This document shows positions 39,701 to 42,700 of a DNA stretch of 64,000 bases, one piece after another. The notes under the pieces are model-generated. The model was not told the origin of the DNA, made no database searches, and saw nothing but the letters and a program-made list of their open reading frames with translations. The position numbers were made by a program, and so were the translations under genes. Every line of letters starts with the position of its first letter. Positions within the stretch are counted from its first letter, which is position 1. Source of the DNA: Candidatus Omnitrophota bacterium (GTDB taxonomy: Bacteria > Omnitrophota > Gorgyraeia > Gygaellales > Profunditerraquicolaceae); NCBI GenBank assembly GCA_049517335.1, contig JBEKSD010000004.1:1-64000 (forward strand), given 5' to 3'.

Positions 39701-42700
39701 GATTAGAGAGGAAGGCGACGATGGATTACAAACTATTCCTTCAGGAGGTACACAGCCTATTCCTTACACTTCCCCAATTCAACTTGTCCTTAGACACAAG
39801 AAAATTTTAATTTTAAAACCCGCAGACTACCTAAAACTTTGTGGAGAAAATGCATTTCCCATAGCCCCTAACATAAATTTCTATATATGCGAATTAATCG
39901 GTCCTGAAGAAGGAAATTTTGCCGCACACATCCCCATACCATTGGAAGCAAATGGTTTGACTTTGGGTAGCAGCGAGCAATGCTCTCACGGTCTACGTAT
40001 GCCTAAATCAGTCTTCCCAGAACACTGCGTTATTAAAGAATCAGAATCAGATACCTTATTAGTAACTGATAAAAGTAATACCAAGAGCACAAGATGGAAA
40101 TACTGTAACTTTGACGAATTAAGCTTATTGCTGGAACAAGGATATAGAACTTATGGCGAAGTTCAGACCACTTCCCCAATTCAACTTATTCTAGGAGACA
40201 AGGTTATTTTATTTTTATGGCCCGATGATTACGAGAGAGTTTCTGGACAAAGTCTACCTAACTTAGACCCTAACAAAATCTATATATTTGAATTAATCGG
40301 CCCTAAAGAATTAATCGGTCCTGAAGAAGGAAGTTTTGACCCCCAGGCGCCTATACCATTTGAAACAACCGAGTTAACTTTAGGCAGAGATACAAACTAC
40401 TCTTACCATATGCATATGCCTGGCACAGTCTCTAGGGTCCATTGCTCTATTAGATTCTCAGAACCAGATAAGCTATTGGTATTTAACAGAAGCCCTAATG
40501 GAACGTTAGCTGAAAACTGTAGCATTGCTTCATTACAGAAGTTGCTGAAGCAAGGGTATAGAATTTATGGCGCACAGCCAGCAGAGACTGTAAAGAAAAA
40601 AGCCCGGATTTTCAAGAAAAATGACATATATTTTGTAGCCTTTACGGCTGAGAGCTGGGAGGATGAACTTCCTTTAGCTAGTTTAGCTGCTGTAATGCCG
40701 GTATTAATAAAACAAAATAAACTAAAGAAATTTAATTTTTCATTCACCAAGCCTTGCCTCTGGTCTTGGTTTAGGCCTATCGTTACCATAAATAAGCAAA
40801 AATACAATCTAAAAGATTCTGCTCAATGTCATGCACTTGAGGCCTTGCTAGAAAGTTTTATGCTTGAGACAACAGAGGTGCAACAAATTAGGCCAGAAGG
40901 AAAACCGACGGAAGAAAAACAGCATCATCTTGTAAGGACGGCACTAATTGTTGTTGTGGCTGTTGCGATTATTATAGCGGCGCTTATCTATCTTCTGAAT
41001 CAATTGGGCGTTATTTCGACTAGCCGTTTAATTCCACACTCTTTTAACTCATCTCCAGTATCTACTTTTCTGCACGATCTGCACTCGCAATCGGGCACCC
41101 GGTGCCCGATTGCGAGTGCAGATCGTGCAGCTTTGCCTTTGCAAACGGTGCTCAGTGTTTGTTGCCTTGTGGGAATGATGAGAAGTGGCGGTACACCCAG
41201 CTCGGCTCGGCCGCAGGACGTAAAGGGTAACCCAGTGAAGACCGAGATAGGTGCAATTTTAGAGTTAAAAGGTTATATTAGAATTTTAGCCTCTAATAAA
41301 ACCCTTTCCGAAACTGATATTAAGAGACTCCATCAGTTGGTTTGCGATTGTTACGCGCCCTCTATGGCAAAGATTATCGGAGGCAGATATCGAACTAAAC
41401 CAACTAGAAAAACTGCAGGCGATGACACAAATTATCTTAGGGTGTTTGATGAAGCCCAGACGAGACAAATCCCGCAAATGATGGTTGCTTTTCTTTATTG
41501 GTTTAATCAGGAATATCAGTCTGTAATAGGCAGAGATGTCGGTTCGTTGGTATTGTTTGCAGCAGAGGCACATTATAGATTGACGCATGAGATCCATCCA
41601 TTTGAAGATAAGAACGGATCTACAGCCAGAGCTTTAGTAAATATAATTTACGAAAAATCAGGCACGCCAAAGAAGTTACCTATAAATTTATCCGAAGTCT
41701 TCTATGATAACCCTGCAAAAGTAGATTACTATGACACTTTTAGATTGTCAGAAAGAAAGCAGGCGATACAGCTTCTGTCGCAATTTATTATTGAAAATTT
41801 AGAGTCTGAAACACCGGCCGTCCCCCCAACAACCAACCCTTCCGCAAAGCGCCTCCGTCAAGAAGGTGGTTTCATCAGTCTGCCGGCGGGGGTAGTCCTG
41901 ACAAAGAGAATGGTATCTTCGAGCCCAGTGGTGAAAGTAGATGGAAGATCGACATCTGAGCAGTTATCAGGTTACCTATATAAACTCCTGGCATGGTTAA
42001 AGAGATTAGCGCATTCTCCTTCGCTATTTATGTTTGTATTCACTCTGGGAGCAATATTTTTTGGTAGCCACAGCCCATACGAGTTTGCAGGGCTGTGCGC
42101 GCTGGGGATGATGATGAACGCAGGGAAAAAACCGCTGGCGCTCTCGAGCCCGGCGGGAGAGGACAAAGCCGAAGAACTGTCTGCGAGTCAAGGGAGCAAG
42201 GTGGCTCCGGAAGGCTCGTTGCGGAATACAAACATGCTACTAACATGGTCGTTTAGTGATGAAAGAGATAGAATCAAAGCACCATCAAAGGCTGATGCTT
42301 TCCTTTCTGTATTGGATGAAAAATTGGTAGAAATAGGTTTATTAAAAAGGGACTGGATATTCATAAAGGTTCCATGCATAGAAATGGCTCTAAATATCAT
42401 GAATCACGGTCAGGGGGGAAATATCGAAGTACGTTGTTTTAAAGATGTGGCCTCTTTAAAGAAAGTTGAAGCAACAGGCATTGACAAAGGGTCGGGCATG
42501 GATAATCCCAATGAGTTCTTACAAAGAAGTATAGTTGCCCACTCTAAAATATCTGCTTATGGGCGTGGAGAAATACCACTAAGCGAAGTTCCTGAAGGAG
42601 GGCGTGGTTTAAGGGATATTGTAATATTTCCGGATGAAGTTATCATTGAAACGAAGGGTAAAAAATGGGTTAGAACCGGAGTTACTGATGAGGATATGAA

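Noticed and set aside
41388-41415. RTKPTRKT in the Fic domain resembles RTKPTRRT of repeat family B
   Set aside because: It is part of the Fic G.YRT motif, with different codons and no flanking similarity; likely chance.
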